From Callorhinchus milii (lineage: Eukaryota), in assembly GCF_018977255.1 (NCBI RefSeq), contig NW_024704742.1, forward strand, positions 16,432,001-16,496,000: DNA of 64,000 bases. Reading direction: 5' to 3'. Below, in pieces: positions 23,158 through 36,387 of this stretch. The position numbers and the translations under genes are program-made. The notes under the pieces were generated by a model that ran no database searches, was not told the DNA's origin, and saw nothing but the letters and a program-made list of their open reading frames with translations. Within the stretch, counting starts at the first letter, position 1. Every line of letters starts with the position of its first letter.

Positions 23158-23599
23158 ATACTACGTTTGAGAATATTTTATGAGGGTTGGGGGGGTGGGG
23201 GTGTAAGGCTGTGAGCACCGCCTCAGGAGTCAACCGACTTTATAAGCACACTTGGCACAGTTAGGCAAACCACAGCAAATCAACACATTATTGGTGACTG
23301 AATTGTCAATCATCTGCAGAGGTGTCGATCTATTTGCAGACCTGCAAGTGGAAGTCCCAAAGGGCGGGACTGTGTTAGCTAGACACTCACATGAAAGATT
23401 CTGATACATTGCTGTCATGGCTGCTACTATTATTTCTCACCTTTGATGGTTCCACTTTTAATCCTTCTTCATCTATTTGTCTGCAAAAGACACAATCATG
23501 ATATTTTACAGTGGATCCTGTAAAGAGCTTTGAAATGTCGTCCTGATGTGAAAAGTGTTATACAAAATGCAAGGATTATTATTATTAATAATGATGCTC

Positions 23600-24220
23600 T
23601 TGGACTCATTAAATCCTCCGACCTAAAATGGAATCTTCTCTTTTCTAGAGTAGTCTCACAGAAGCTTGATTTTTTCCATGTGCTCAATATTTTGTTTCCC
23701 ACTTAGCTCTTTATAAATCCTAATTTTGTCCAAGCCTGAATACCACTTCAATACACATGGTGGTTATTTGAGCACTTCTCTATTATCCTTGGACAAACCC
23801 AAGAAAAGGCTTGGAGGCTAATATGTGGACATACTCTGAGCTTTCTGATTCACCTTTTTCTCTCTCTTGCTCTCATAGTCTTTCCTGAGAAATACTCATG
23901 TGAAAACAAACCAAACCATGAATTGATGAGCACATCTTAGACCTCATCTTAATTTTATTGATAATACTATGACTGTTACTTCACTGCATTCATTTTTCTT
24001 TGTCTTCCCAAGTTTCAGATATTGTGACCTAAGCCCTTTCCCTTTCTTCCAATATTACATCTTTACTAGGTTTCGTCAAACCTCTTAGTTTCTCCTATTA
24101 CAATTCATTTTTTCTCCAGGATCACAAAATTATGGAATTTCTTACCTCCCTCAGTCTTCTCTCCCTCATGTTACCTATATTATTCTAAAATCCAAGCTAA
24201 GCATTATCTAACACTACCTA
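23600..24220 (+). mobile_element. Ancient L2B/Crack-like LINE RT C-terminal fragment
   Basis: Degenerate translation SDLKWN...SQKL.F...LYKS...P.LEY...LD..Q.KA.RLI. Confidence 0.5.
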
Positions 24221-24234
24221 ACCTGAAAAGAAAA

Positions 24235-24327
24235 TAACTTGCAAGGCCATGGAGAAGGCTAAGGCACAGACACGATGGGCCAAATGCCTCCTTCTGTGCT
24301 GTAGGATTCTAAGATTCTATGATTCTA
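24235..24327 (+). mobile_element. CR1 3' end with ATTCTATG-type tail
   Basis: GATGGGCCAAATGCCTCCTTCTGTGCTGTAGGATTCTAAGATTCTATGATTCTA. Confidence 0.75.
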
Positions 24328-25028
24328 ACGACTTTGTTTCACCTATCTCATTTTTCTTCTATTTTGGTACATTATGGGAAATAGCCTTTCTTCTTGTCCC
24401 TCAATAAAGCCTCTCTTTTTGCTGCTCTTTCAACAGATAAATAATGAAGAATCCTTGTATTTGACATAGTACCTTTTACTTCGGGAGAATATCTCAATGT
24501 GCTTCAAAAGATCTACTGTAAAGTGTAGTGACTGTGTAATATTTGCAGGCAAAGGTACATTAAAATATTCAGAAATTTAGAAGCATAACATCTCCACTTC
24601 ATTTTTTTTTGGCCGAAATGCATTAGCTCCCATTTTTCTACAATAAGCTATATTTGCCTTCTTCTGCCTGCTCACAGCATAATCTATCAATGTCTGCTTA
24701 TCAACTTACATGCTAGAAGATGCTTGCGATCTGCACAGTTCGACTTTTTCTTTCCTTTCTCCTCTTTTCCCACCCAAGGGAAGAACCTGCCTCGACTTAA
24801 CATCGCGCTCTCTCTTACAGAATCATATTATATCAATGAGTTGTAATACATCCCTTAAGCAGTTTAGAATCTCTGTAGTTTATAAAATGGAGCAACTGGA
24901 TTAGTACTCACAGAATCAAGGACATTACAATACTGACAATATAACATCTGTATTGCAAACCAGCCCAAGCATAAGAAGAGGACCCTCCAGAATACTGGTA
25001 AATATCAGATTCAAATGCTATTTGAAGC

Positions 25029-25586
25029 CTGGTTCAGTAGTAACATTCTTGCCTTTGACTCAGAAGGTTGTGGGTTCAAGCCCCACGTCAGGACTTGGAA
25101 TCACATAGTCTAAGATAATGCTCCAGTGCAATGCTGGTGGAGTGTTGCATTATTGGAGGTGCTGTCTTTCAGATGAGCAGCAGCAGCAACAGCAAGATTC
25201 CATTTATAAAGCGCCTTTCACGTCAGGAGGACGTCCCAAGGCGCTGCACAGTTGGGTCATGACCGGAGCAGGGGGGAAATGGTCAGGGTTAGGGGAGGGA
25301 AGGGAGAGAGCGAGGAGGGGGAAGAGAGTCGTTAAACTGAGGTCCCATCTGCCTGTTTAGGTGGATGTTAAAGATCCCATTGCACTATTCAAGTTTCTCC
25401 TGGTGTCCTGGTCACGCACCATTTCTGCATGCAGAACTGACTGCTGTGTTTTGCCACAAAATACACAGTCAATCCATATTACCTGCAACATATACAGTTA
25501 ATTCACTTTTGTGAAGCACTTTAAGAGTCTAGAAGATGCTATGAGGCACTATATCAAATGCAAGGATTATTATTATTATTATTATT
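25029..25586 (+). mobile_element. Full-length Deu-domain SINE (SacSINE1-like) with an L2-derived insert at 25177-25329
   Basis: tRNA head TGGTTCAGTAG...GGGTTCAAGCCCCAC. The Deu core is split at GATGAG|CGTTAAA. Ends in an L2-type tail. Confidence 0.88.
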
Positions 25587-26341
25587 AAATCCTTTGAAGC
25601 ACTTTGAGATATTTTGAAGACATGAAAAGGCAAAGATTATTATTATTAGTTTATGGAATTAGAATAGCCCTCAATCCATCAATGGGAGTAGTTGGATAAT
25701 GCCTCCAATTGATTGTAAGTAGATGGCATTAATTCAATGAAACTCCATTGCAATTAATCCCGTAGCACATCTGTGCACAATTTACAAAATTGTTTGGAAA
25801 CTTTCCAGCTAAGATATCTGTTATGGAAATCCATTACCTAACCAAAGTATAAGTTTGGCATAGGTCCCTGGTTCGAAAGGGAACATACAGAGTTAATTGG
25901 TTTTGTTCCTTTGTAATTGTGAGCAAAGTAGTTTTAGCACTACATTGGAAGCAGATTACTCAATTTAAGCATGACATCTTTCAAGCAATATAACTTAAAT
26001 ACTGCCCTTTGGTCAGATGACTGAATAAAGGACTATTACCTTTAATTATTATTGCACATTAGCATTTTTTCTTGTAATCTAAGACAAGGTTAATATGCTT
26101 ACTACATGGTTTGTCTAAAAAATATATATTGGACCCATTAGCAATAATACTGATTTAAAATTGATTAATTCTGCTTTGTTATGAAACAGGGTTTTCATTG
26201 TACCTATGGTACCTTTAAAACATTTACATTGCAGTATATTTAATGAGATGATGCCAGTTGTCAAGATTTTATCTGCTCGTCTTAAATTTCAACCACAGTT
26301 TTGGTCTGAGTCAAAGTACTCAATAACACTCCACCCCTTTC

Positions 26342-26480
26342 AAATAATAATCATCCTTATATTTGATGTAGCACCTTATCAAATCATCAAGACTTCTCAA
26401 ATGCTTCACAGGATTTTACTTTGAAGTGTAGTGGCTTTGTGGCAGCCAATTGGTGTACATGCACTGTCCCACAAACAACC
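26342..26480 (-). mobile_element. SINE 3' fragment
   Basis: Inverted L2-type tail and GGCAGCCAATTG core. Confidence 0.7.
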
Positions 26481-27369
26481 GTGATAAAAATATACGTGTG
26501 TTCAGCTAATCTTCATTTTACAATTAACTGTTTGTAAACCATTGAATTGCCTGGAACCCATTTCATTCACTGCTTGTTAGATAATCAAGGACATCTATAA
26601 TTCCCTCGGTACACTTGGTTAACATCCTGCAAATTTTGCACATGGGCTGTTAGCCCAACACACAAATTAAACCCTTCAACTCAAGATAGAACCTAACACA
26701 ATCCATTTCTGTCCCTAAAAAATACTCACATTGTTACTAATATACTACAAAAGGCCAAATTAGAGTTTAAAAAATCATAAAATGGCAGAAAGAGGAATTC
26801 CCTCTTAAAGATACAAATAAACATAATAGATTGAGATGGCGAAAACACAATTTTATTTTGAGCTGGATTACTTGTAAGCTGTCTTGCTTCAAGAAAATTC
26901 CAGCAGGCAATTAATCTGTTCAAACATTATTATCTGGACACATACAAAAATGTTTGGAAAAGGTTATACGCTAGATGAGATTTTGAAAGACATTGGAAAG
27001 GGCAATACTTTGTATCTTCAACATGAAAACTATTTCCTGCCAAACAGCACTTGAATTTTCTTATCGTGTTTATGCAAGTTTTGCCTCCAGGTTTGCGGAT
27101 AATTGGATGCTTCTGTCTCTAAACTATTGGCAATTTCTTGAACAGCCGGTCGGACAAAAACATGTGGAATAGCGTTGATAGGAAATTTCTCTGGTTATAT
27201 TATATTCATTAATCTCTTCTGTCTTCTCTGTGACATTCTTGAGGCCTGGCAGCTGACTAGCAGCTCACCCAGCAACTACTTTGAGTGTGTATCAGTCCTG
27301 AAGTGTGGAAAGCACATTATTGAACCTCTTCAGGGATGTCAAATGGACCATGCAAGGGTTTATATATTA

Positions 27370-27575
27370 ATAAATGTTGCATTGATATAGCATCTTAGCA
27401 AGTCATCAAAACATCTCAAAGCACTTCGCGAGATTTACTGTAAAGTGCAGTAAACAACCACAGTGGCAAATTTGTACACAGCAGTGAATAACCAACTTTA
27501 TCTGGAGGATTGTTTGCCCAGTCATCAGGAGAAATTCCCTTCACTTTTTGAATAGTGCAATGGAATCCTTAAAAT
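27370..27575 (-). mobile_element. Degenerate Deu-SINE 3' fragment
   Basis: Inverted tail and GAATAGTGCAATGGAATCCTTAA (end of the Deu core). Confidence 0.6.
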
Positions 27576-28441
27576 CTAAGGTTACATATCACTTTATCTC
27601 TCAGCACCTGTGACAATCATGGAGGCTAACGTTGGAGACCCCCCAAAATGCACCATAATGCTCGTTTGCCATATGAATCTAATTGCCAGAATGATATTGG
27701 TACACTTGGGCACCATTTGTTCAGGCTGATCCTTCATAATATTGCTTGACCATCTGCATGTGTTTCAGAATCTACAGTGTGGTGGATTTTACTGATGAAT
27801 CAAGTAGCAGGTAAATCAAGAGATTGGTAACAATTAAAATAAAATCGTCACAAGCTGTTTTCCGATGGAGCCAGTTTAGTAAGTTCATCTTTACGTTTTA
27901 CTGCTGTAGACTTCCCATTAGGGTGTATTACAACATTAATGTAGACTCCCATGGTTCACATTATCTGGTTGTGCTGCTTATGATGCAAAATCAATAACAG
28001 GGCAATCTATTCAAACCACATACCTTTCGAGCAATTATTGAGAGATTGCACTCTGTATAAAAGTGTTTCATTAAAATCATCAGTCACCGCAACACTTATT
28101 GTCAGCAGGAACCAAAGCCTGATGCAAGAGTGCTGGATTATGTTTGAATTTAATTGTTTTTGTTATCTATAAGACTAACTAAGACAATAATGATCTACAT
28201 TTAAAATACTCAGAGTTTAATGAAAAAGTTTCTGGATGGATTTCAATGTAAAATTTAATCGGCTAAACCAACAACCTGAAGATTTGCTTTAATCAAACTG
28301 ATTTGTCATAAAAATTTGGATTAAGCTGAGTATAGATTTTGTAAAAATGCGAGTAAAATACATAACTGAATATTGATTCTGCTGCCACCATCCTCACTGC
28401 ACTAAACTTGGCATGCCCATTACCCCAATCCTCACCAGCCT

Positions 28442-28573
28442 CTGCGCAATTGGCTGCTGCTTTTCGCCTACAAAATATACAGTCAATTAACATTCCAGTA
28501 TATTCTGTGAAGCACTTTGAGACATCTCAAAGACATGATATGGCGCTATATCAAATGCAAGGATTATTATTAT
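28442..28573 (+). mobile_element. Family A SINE 3' fragment
   Basis: GCGCAATTGGCTGC...GCAAGGATTATTATT. Confidence 0.85.
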
Positions 28574-30319
28574 AGAACTGTCCCTATCTATGCCGCCATC
28601 TCACCCATTCTTGCTCTGTCTTTAAATCCCACCTAAAAAAACTACCTCTTCAACCAAGCTTCTGGTCCATGGTTATCTATCCCCCTCCCCCTCCTTCTTT
28701 GCTCGGGGTCCAAGCCCATCTTTGTTAAGCTTTGAGAGACATTATTCTACTAGAAGCATTAGCAGGAGTACCAGAAGGGTGATGGTGGGGGGTACAAACT
28801 ACTACAACACATTCTCCAGCTATTCAATTTCTTGTACATGATTTATATTCTGGATGAAGACAATTAGTGATAAACATTTTCAGATTCCTTTGTTACAATA
28901 AAAAATGCAGGAACCTTTGTAAATGGGCTCCAAGTATGTTCACGAAACATATGTAGCACATTTAATAGATACAGAAGATTAGAAAGCCAGTAAACATCCA
29001 CTGTCTGTTTCAATTTGGATTAAGATTAAAGTTATTAAACATGCATGGGTTCATAAGATCATAATTTATGTAATACAGAGTCAGTAAATTCAAGTTCTTA
29101 TTGAATTAACTCCAGAATAACTGAAACATGTGATGGGACATCTTTGCTCCATCTCCCAAGGATTATTTTGATTGCACACCACTCAGGTTATGAAAGGGGA
29201 ACTCTGACTGTTTTCTGTTAAAGATTAAAGGATCTGAATGTTATAAGGTTTGACATTGGCCTTAGCTCCAGCAAGCCTGATTACACATCACACCATGCCA
29301 GCGAACTGCGTACGGGGTTGAAGTTGAAGTCTAGGGAAAACACAACATTTCAGGACATTTTAGAGAACTGTTGCAACAATGTAATTTTAATGTTGCTGCT
29401 TCGATGAAAAATACCTTCATCATCTGAAGGTGTTTACAGTTATTTTTTCCTCAAATAGAAGGTTACAGTACACAGCAAGCAGAACACACTTTCAATGGAG
29501 TAAATTAAAATACGCTCTTGGAAACATACATCAAATTAAAGCAGCATTATAAACTGGGAAACTGAAATTAAAAATTCACATAATCGACAGTAACAGATGG
29601 ATACACAGTCAATGATGAGATAATGTTTTGCCAACTGCAATTGATTTTTTTAATATAGTTTTCAAAGGTATAGCAAAAAAAACAAATGCCACATTGCAAA
29701 GCAGTGGAGTACAATTAGACAGTCCCTAAACCATTGACAGAGCCATGCTCATCTGTCTTGTGTTTAGCAATTTTGTTGAATTTTGTTACTGCCCTTGAGG
29801 AATTAAGATTTGCTTAGCAATAAAAATACATTGTATAAAGTAACTATAAGCATATCCATTACATTATGAATACAAGATTGGTGAAAGTATTGACTGTACT
29901 GGGTACTATTCTGGGACAGAGTAAATTAAACAGTTATTCAGCATACGGTCAGGGACAATTGATTAAGGTCATATAGTCTCTGACTATATTCTTGATATTC
30001 TTTTCACCTCTTTTGGAATATCCATTCAGCAATTATAGGTCCTGTACTGGACAAGAATTAATCTGACCATTTGATCTCTCTTTCATTTTCTGTAACATTA
30101 TTTAAAATTAAGAACCAAGAGCTGAAGAAACCAGGCATGTAATAAAGAAAACATAAAATAAACGTCGATAAAGGTAAAGCCAAGATGTTCTGAACCCACG
30201 CTATGCTTTGAAAAGTGTTAAAACAATGCGTTCAACGAAGACAAAAATGGCCAATTTTTATTTCCAACCTGCAGTGTTTTGGTCTATCAGTGAAGGAACA
30301 ATGTCCTTTCCGTTATGTC

Positions 30320-30670
30320 TCCAAGCGAGAGGCCACTGGTTTGATTCTTGGGCAGAGCAAAACATTGGGCAAATTTCCTTACTCCATCCACCCCTGTTTA
30401 CCTAGCAGTAAGTAGGAACTTGGTTGTTAGTCGATTGGCAGATGCTTTAAATAAATAAATTAGTTAATTAATAAATAAATAATAATTTGGTCACTCAATC
30501 CACGACTGTTTGTGGGACACTGCTGTGCGCAATTGGCTGCCACGTTACGCCCACAAAATATACAGTCAATTCACTTTACAGTATATTCTGTAGAGCGCTT
30601 TGAGATGTCTCAAAGATATAAGGTGCTATATCAAATGCAAGGATTAGTATTATTGTTATTATTATTATAA
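30320..30670 (+). mobile_element. Family A SINE (long variant), head partly lost
   Basis: CAAGCGAGAGG...GGTTTGATTC, core and (TTA)n tail. Confidence 0.9.
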
Positions 30671-32469
30671 TATGTCGCTAAGCTCCAACATTCCTCTGAT
30701 TTTTATCAATTTTTAGTGATTTTAAATTTTAAAACAAAATTAGCTTACTATGCTAAAACTAGGTGGAATTTTGAGCCTCTGATGTCTAAAATTAACTGTG
30801 ACACTTGTACCGAGGGCATGCTAACCTAAACCACTTTGAGGGAATGCATGGAGAAAGCTAAAGCCTCAGAATTAACTCTCTTACTCAATTGAGCAATGTT
30901 AATAATTTCAACAGTGCTACAGAATCCTAAACTTGAATACGACCCAGTTCAGTGTTAGTGTGATTTGAAAAACCCTGCGTCAAGTATACCTCTAATGAGA
31001 AAGCTGCTGTTAATGTTAAATTTGCTAAAAAGCTGCTTTTTGTTTGGAATATCTTGAGCAATTTGTATTTCTAAACAAGATATTCTCTACGTAGGTCAAA
31101 TGGCATCCAGATTTTATTCAGAGATTCAGAGATGCTTTTTTACCATTTCTTCTCAAGTGAATCTGAAATGATTTCACCTGAAAAACAATAAAATCAATTC
31201 ATTGTGTAAAACTGTTATGATCGTTGTGAGTTTACACACACGGTACCTATGTGATGAACTTTATTTCAGTACATTGGGTTCTTTGCTTTAAGTCTGTTTT
31301 GGTTCTTTTTTGCATGTCAGAATCTGTGAAAAAGCAATTGACCCTTCAATTAACAAAATCAAAACACTTAAAATATAGTCGTTATCATTTGAAGGGGGAT
31401 TAATCTGAATTACCCTCAGTAGAACCTTTCCACTCTTTTGATATCTGCTAATGGTAAATATAGTTTAATCTTTGATGTAAATCTATCAACTGATAACTCT
31501 CCTCTGTAGTACCAACAATATAATACCCATTATAAAGTTAATGCTGCATTGCTTGAAAGTTCTTGCAGCAGATCTACAAAAGATTATTCAGCTCATCAAA
31601 ATGAAACGTTATCGACCAAGCATAAATTTGAGATTTCCTGGTCAACATGGCTTAGTAAAAATTTCCTATCTGATAGAAGTTCATTTAAAACAATATCTGA
31701 TACAGGCAGAAAAGCTTACCTCTTTCACTTAGGGATGTGTTAGATTAGGTGATAAGACCAGTTAATAACTGTGCAAATCCTGATAACTCCTTCAGTTGTC
31801 ATTGTAAGGTCATTGGATTTGCACACAGCCGAGTTACTAGGAGTGTAATGGAAAAATCAAGCTGGCTATGACATTTATTGAAAGTGACATGCACAATTGT
31901 TTCCTCAAGGTCTTCTTCTGCTGCCAGTGTATATCAAAATTTGCCTGCATCAAATTATACTAGGTTCTGGGAAGAAAAAAAACAGAAGAAAACAAAAAGC
32001 CATTACATATTTTTATAATGAAAAATTAACTATAAATATTTAAAGAGATGTATTAGTCCAGTGATCATTCTGTCTGAAGGTCTAACATCTAGTATTCTTT
32101 TCTTTCTAATATTAATTATTGTCTTGCAAAGTACAATCCCCTTAAAGCCAAAATGTTCTAAAAATTGATGGCACAAGAGTTCCTAATGTAAAAAGAAATT
32201 GATGCAAACAAGTGACCCTCCAGTGATATCCTATCATTCTATCCAGAAAGACTCCAGGTGCCTAGTTGATGCAATATTTATCAATGTTTAAGGCTCTTAA
32301 TCCCATCATCTGGATTTTATTCCCCAGCCCTGATTTGCTGATGGTAAATCTCATTTAAAACCCAAACACGAACACAAAATATTGGCTTTCAGTAATGTGG
32401 TAATACCAGCCTGCAATACGTTTTGCAATATAATTGAATAGAAGCTGAACTCAGCCAAATTAACAATTG

Positions 32470-32820
32470 GAATTTTTTTTGGTGAGATGGGTGTCTGACA
32501 CAAGCAGAAACCCATCACCATGCGTAAGAGCATCCCATACAAACTGAGAGTTAGAAATTCCCAAGATATTTATTGAAGGGATGCATTACCAAAGTCCAGC
32601 AATATTAGATGCAAGTTGTCAAGAACCAAGACTCGACGACCTGAAACTGTGCGTTGGGTACTGATGGAGTTTAACCAGCTAAAACCACACAACTTTCCAT
32701 TGAATGCACTTGTTTGGCAGACTATCCCACTGCTTATCCAGCTGGGACCATCCTACCCATTAGAGCTTTGGTTTGCAGGGTTAACAGGAGCTAGCAGCAG
32801 GGTACCCTGTTGAGGTAGCA
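32470..32820 (+). mobile_element. Arm of the long-TIR element family (compare 11035-12200)
   Basis: GTGTCTGACACAAGCAGAAACCC...AAACTGAGAGTT...CAAGAACCAAG...TTTAACCAGCTAAAAC, shared with the 11 kb element. Confidence 0.7.
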
Positions 32821-33014
32821 TTAATTTTGGAGACAATATTGCTTTGACGAAGATTGCCTCTAAAATTAATACTACCTCCACCATTAAGTAAATACTAATA
32901 ACTTCATGAATGTACATCATAAGTGTTAAAAGGGAAACAAAGATTAAGATCTCCAACAATTAGCAAGGGCATTGGGTGCATCAGGCATTTCCCCACCACC
33001 ACCCCATCCCCGGC

Positions 33015-33212
33015 ATTAATAATAATAATTTAGTCACTCAATCCACAACTGTTTGTGGGACACTTCTGTATGCAATTGGCTGCCACGTTTTGCCCACAAA
33101 ATATACAGTTAATTCACTTTATAGTATATTCTGTGAAGCACTTTGAGACGTCTCAATGACATGATGAGCTGCTATATGAAATGCAAAGATTATTATTAAT
33201 ATTATTATTATT
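33015..33212 (+). mobile_element. Family A SINE 3' half
   Basis: GTCACTCAATCCACAACTGTTTGTGGGACAC through to the tail. Confidence 0.88.
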
Positions 33213-34767
33213 AAAAGTTTGGAATGGCACATTTTTGGAATCTTTGTAAGAGTTTTCTGCCTCCTCATATTCTGTGCTCTCTCCTAATGGTGCTCCTGCT
33301 TTGCACTGAGTTGTGAATATCTCTTTCATTTGTATATTACAGGAGAAATTCCAGCATGGATGCCAAAACACCTCTAAAACACTATCCCTCCCCGTCACAT
33401 TTTCATCTACTTTCTCTTATAACTGTCCTCTAGGGGTCTCTCATATGGTACATTATTACATTACGTGGCTTCCAACTAGCTTTTAGAAGCTTAGGTTCAT
33501 TACATTACATGGCTTCTAACTTAGCAATTTGAGATGTGATCTCCTTAGAAAATGTGAATGACATGAGTCAAGTAAGAATTATCGTTTCTGAAGTCATACT
33601 GTATATCATGTGATATCCTACATTAGTTTCATAACATAATTTTCTATGATTGTTTCCACCAGTTTCCCAATTATTGAGGTTGACTACTTGTTTCTTTAAT
33701 TATCAATATGGCTTTGTCAACTTTCTTGAATTTTGGAATCGCATTTTCTTGTTTCTTGTCTGCGATATCCTCCCCAGTTCTGATCGATGCTCTCAAAACA
33801 CCTGTCAAAGCTTGGCAAATCTCTATTTTGTCTCTGTAAGTATCCTGCAATATAGTTCATCATCCTGGGAGATTTATTGGTTTTCAGCCCCTTGAGTCTA
33901 TCCAGAACTTGCTAATGTCAAAATTGTGGAGCTACTATGCTAATAGATGGCATGTTGTTAGTATTGTCCCTGAAACAAAAATAATCTGAATGAAATAGCC
34001 ATTTGATATACTTACTGTCTGCTGCCCTCTTTTTCAACTTAATTTGCATCTCTCAAAGATGTAACATAATTCCCAAATATCCATTTATTGTTATAATATT
34101 GGAAGATTTTTGAGTTACAATTTTACTTGTTTTCCAGTTTTCTGTTGGCTCCCCAAACATATTTTTAAATCTGCATTCACATAGTCTTGTACTTGGCTCA
34201 ATAGTCTCTCCCTCCCTTGCTGGATTTACTTCCTTATCCTCATCAGAGGTGGTTTAAATCTCGAATCCAAAGTTGATGGACCTCGAGGTAAAGAATTAGA
34301 CAAACATTTTAAATTGGAAAACCAAAGGTTAGCTTATTAAAAATCCAGCAATAGTTACAACAATCAAAGTTTTAACACTTACATTTGCGAAGGATGACTT
34401 AGGGCTTGCAGTGAACAAAACTGCACCCTAAATCAACTCACTGTCTTCTTGATGTTCATCAGTTCTTGACCATGTGGTCAGCTAATCCATTTTATTCCTT
34501 AGCTTTCCTCCCCTTCGCAATAGACAATGTATTTTTCCAACCTTTCGATATCTTCAGTTCATCTTGTGAGTCTTGAGTTTTTCCATATAAGGAGTTATTT
34601 TCAACTGCACTTCGAGTCATAAAGGGTTGCTTTCAACTGTAGCAGCAACCGTTAGCATTTTCTTGCTGATTATATCACCCTTCGTCTTCCTTATTGTCGA
34701 GGTAACGAACCCTCATTCTCTGGATAACGAACTATTGTCTGCATAACATCATGCTTTGAAGCCCATC

Positions 34768-35085
34768 TACAGTAGTCCTTTGCAAGTGAGAGACTTGGGT
34801 TCACCGGTAGGGTGAAACCTTGGGCAAGTTTCCTTACTCCACACGCCTGATGATAATCCCTCAAAAAAAAACAATAATAAATTGGTAATTTCAATCCACG
34901 ACTGTTTGTGAGACATTGCTGTGCACAATTGGCTGCCGCATTTCTGCCGCATTTCACCCATAAATATGCAGTCAATTCATTTTACAGTATATTCTGTGAA
35001 ACGCTTTGAGACGTCTAGAAGACGTGAAAAGTGCTATATCAACTGCAAGGATTATTATTATTATTATCATTATTATTATTATTAT
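34768..35085 (+). mobile_element. Family A SINE (short variant)
   Basis: TTGCAAGTGAGAGACTTGGGTTCA head, ACTCCACACGCC|TGATGATAATCCC short-form junction and (TTA)n tail. Confidence 0.9.
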
Positions 35086-35276
35086 CATCTGTAGTCAATG
35101 ACCATGTAATGTGGAGAGTATAATATTTTACATTTACACCCTTTCCTTGCAAACTTTGTTTATCTTCCATTTTGCTGCATCTTCCATTTAGATGATTTTT
35201 TTCAGAGCATTCTTTAATTTGTCTTTGCTGCATATTAGCTACTGCATACTTGTCCGACATTTCTGTTCCACTCATG

Positions 35277-35586
35277 GGTTAGATGTGTTTAATCAGAAAT
35301 GAACAAGGCAAAATCAGAAATATGATGAAAACACCAGGCCAAAGAAGGGAGAACGACCTACGGAGTGGCTCCTGCTGGGGTCAGGAATCTATACAAAACA
35401 CAGACAGGTTCTGGGTCATTCTTGTTTAGTCATTCCCAGTTTATGTTGGGCTGTTTCGACTTGCCTTTTCTCGCTAATGTTCCTAATATTATCACAAAGC
35501 AAAATGTGCTCTCCCTTCTTTAGCCTGGTGTTTTTCATCAAATCCCTAATCTAGCCTTGGACATTTCTGATTAAACACATTTAACC
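35277..35586. mobile_element. MITE with ~75 bp terminal inverted repeats
   Basis: The left arm GGTTAGATGTGTTTAATCAGAAATG...ACACCAGGCCAAAGAAGGGAGA is mirrored at 35511-35586. Confidence 0.8.
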
Positions 35587-36387
35587 AAATAATTTTGTAT
35601 CATGACTTTTCCTGCACTGTTGATTTAATTCCTTTTCATCCCAGTTAACCCTACATATAAGACAACCTCATTATTTTCCTAATCCTATTATCTTTCCTCT
35701 ATACCTGTTTTCATTTATGGTCACTTATAATATCTTGCTTTCAAAATGTGACTCATGTAGTTACCAATTGCCACAATTGTTTTCAGTTCCAATTTTGTAT
35801 TCTAAATGCTTCTAGCATTTATATAATCTGATACAGTCTGTACCGTACCTTGATGTATTTAGTTGTCTGATTATATATATCTTTCATTTGATCATTTTTC
35901 CTATTGATTGAATTCATGTGCTTCATATTTTGTTCTGTTCTGTTTTTCCGCTTCTCCCTGAACCTTTCCCATCTCCTCATGATCATTTACAGACTTGAGT
36001 TCATTCCCATATGACAAAGTATTCCCTCCCCTTCCAAATTCAATGAGTATGAATTTTAATTGCAGCATTTGTGTCTTGTGCCAAACAGTGTAGTCAGAAA
36101 GGATCTACTGCTGAGTTGCAATTGCATAGTCATAAATGGTGCACACTGTCCTTTAACTCCCTATTGCTCAGAAGTTTTTTTTTCCCATCTCTAGATCTCT
36201 GGCCATTTACACTTACTTTCTCTCTTTGAGAAACCTTCCTTCATAAATTCATCATATAGAGGACAGACACCTCAAATGCTTTCCATACCAGTCTCCCAGT
36301 TCTATCCTTCACAAGCTTCAACTCAAAAAAAACTCCACAGGTCATATTTTCTCCAGCACTAGGCTCTGCAGACCTATTAGCCATTAG

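Larger units (their letters stand above)
33600..36330 (-). mobile_element. Ancient, highly decayed CR1-like LINE, interrupted by a SINE and a MITE
   Basis: The minus strand near 33760-33900 reads LKGLKTNKSP...ILTE..EICQAL (compare LKTDKSPGPDGLHPRVLKE). EN-like remnants occur near 35150-35800. Confidence 0.5.
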
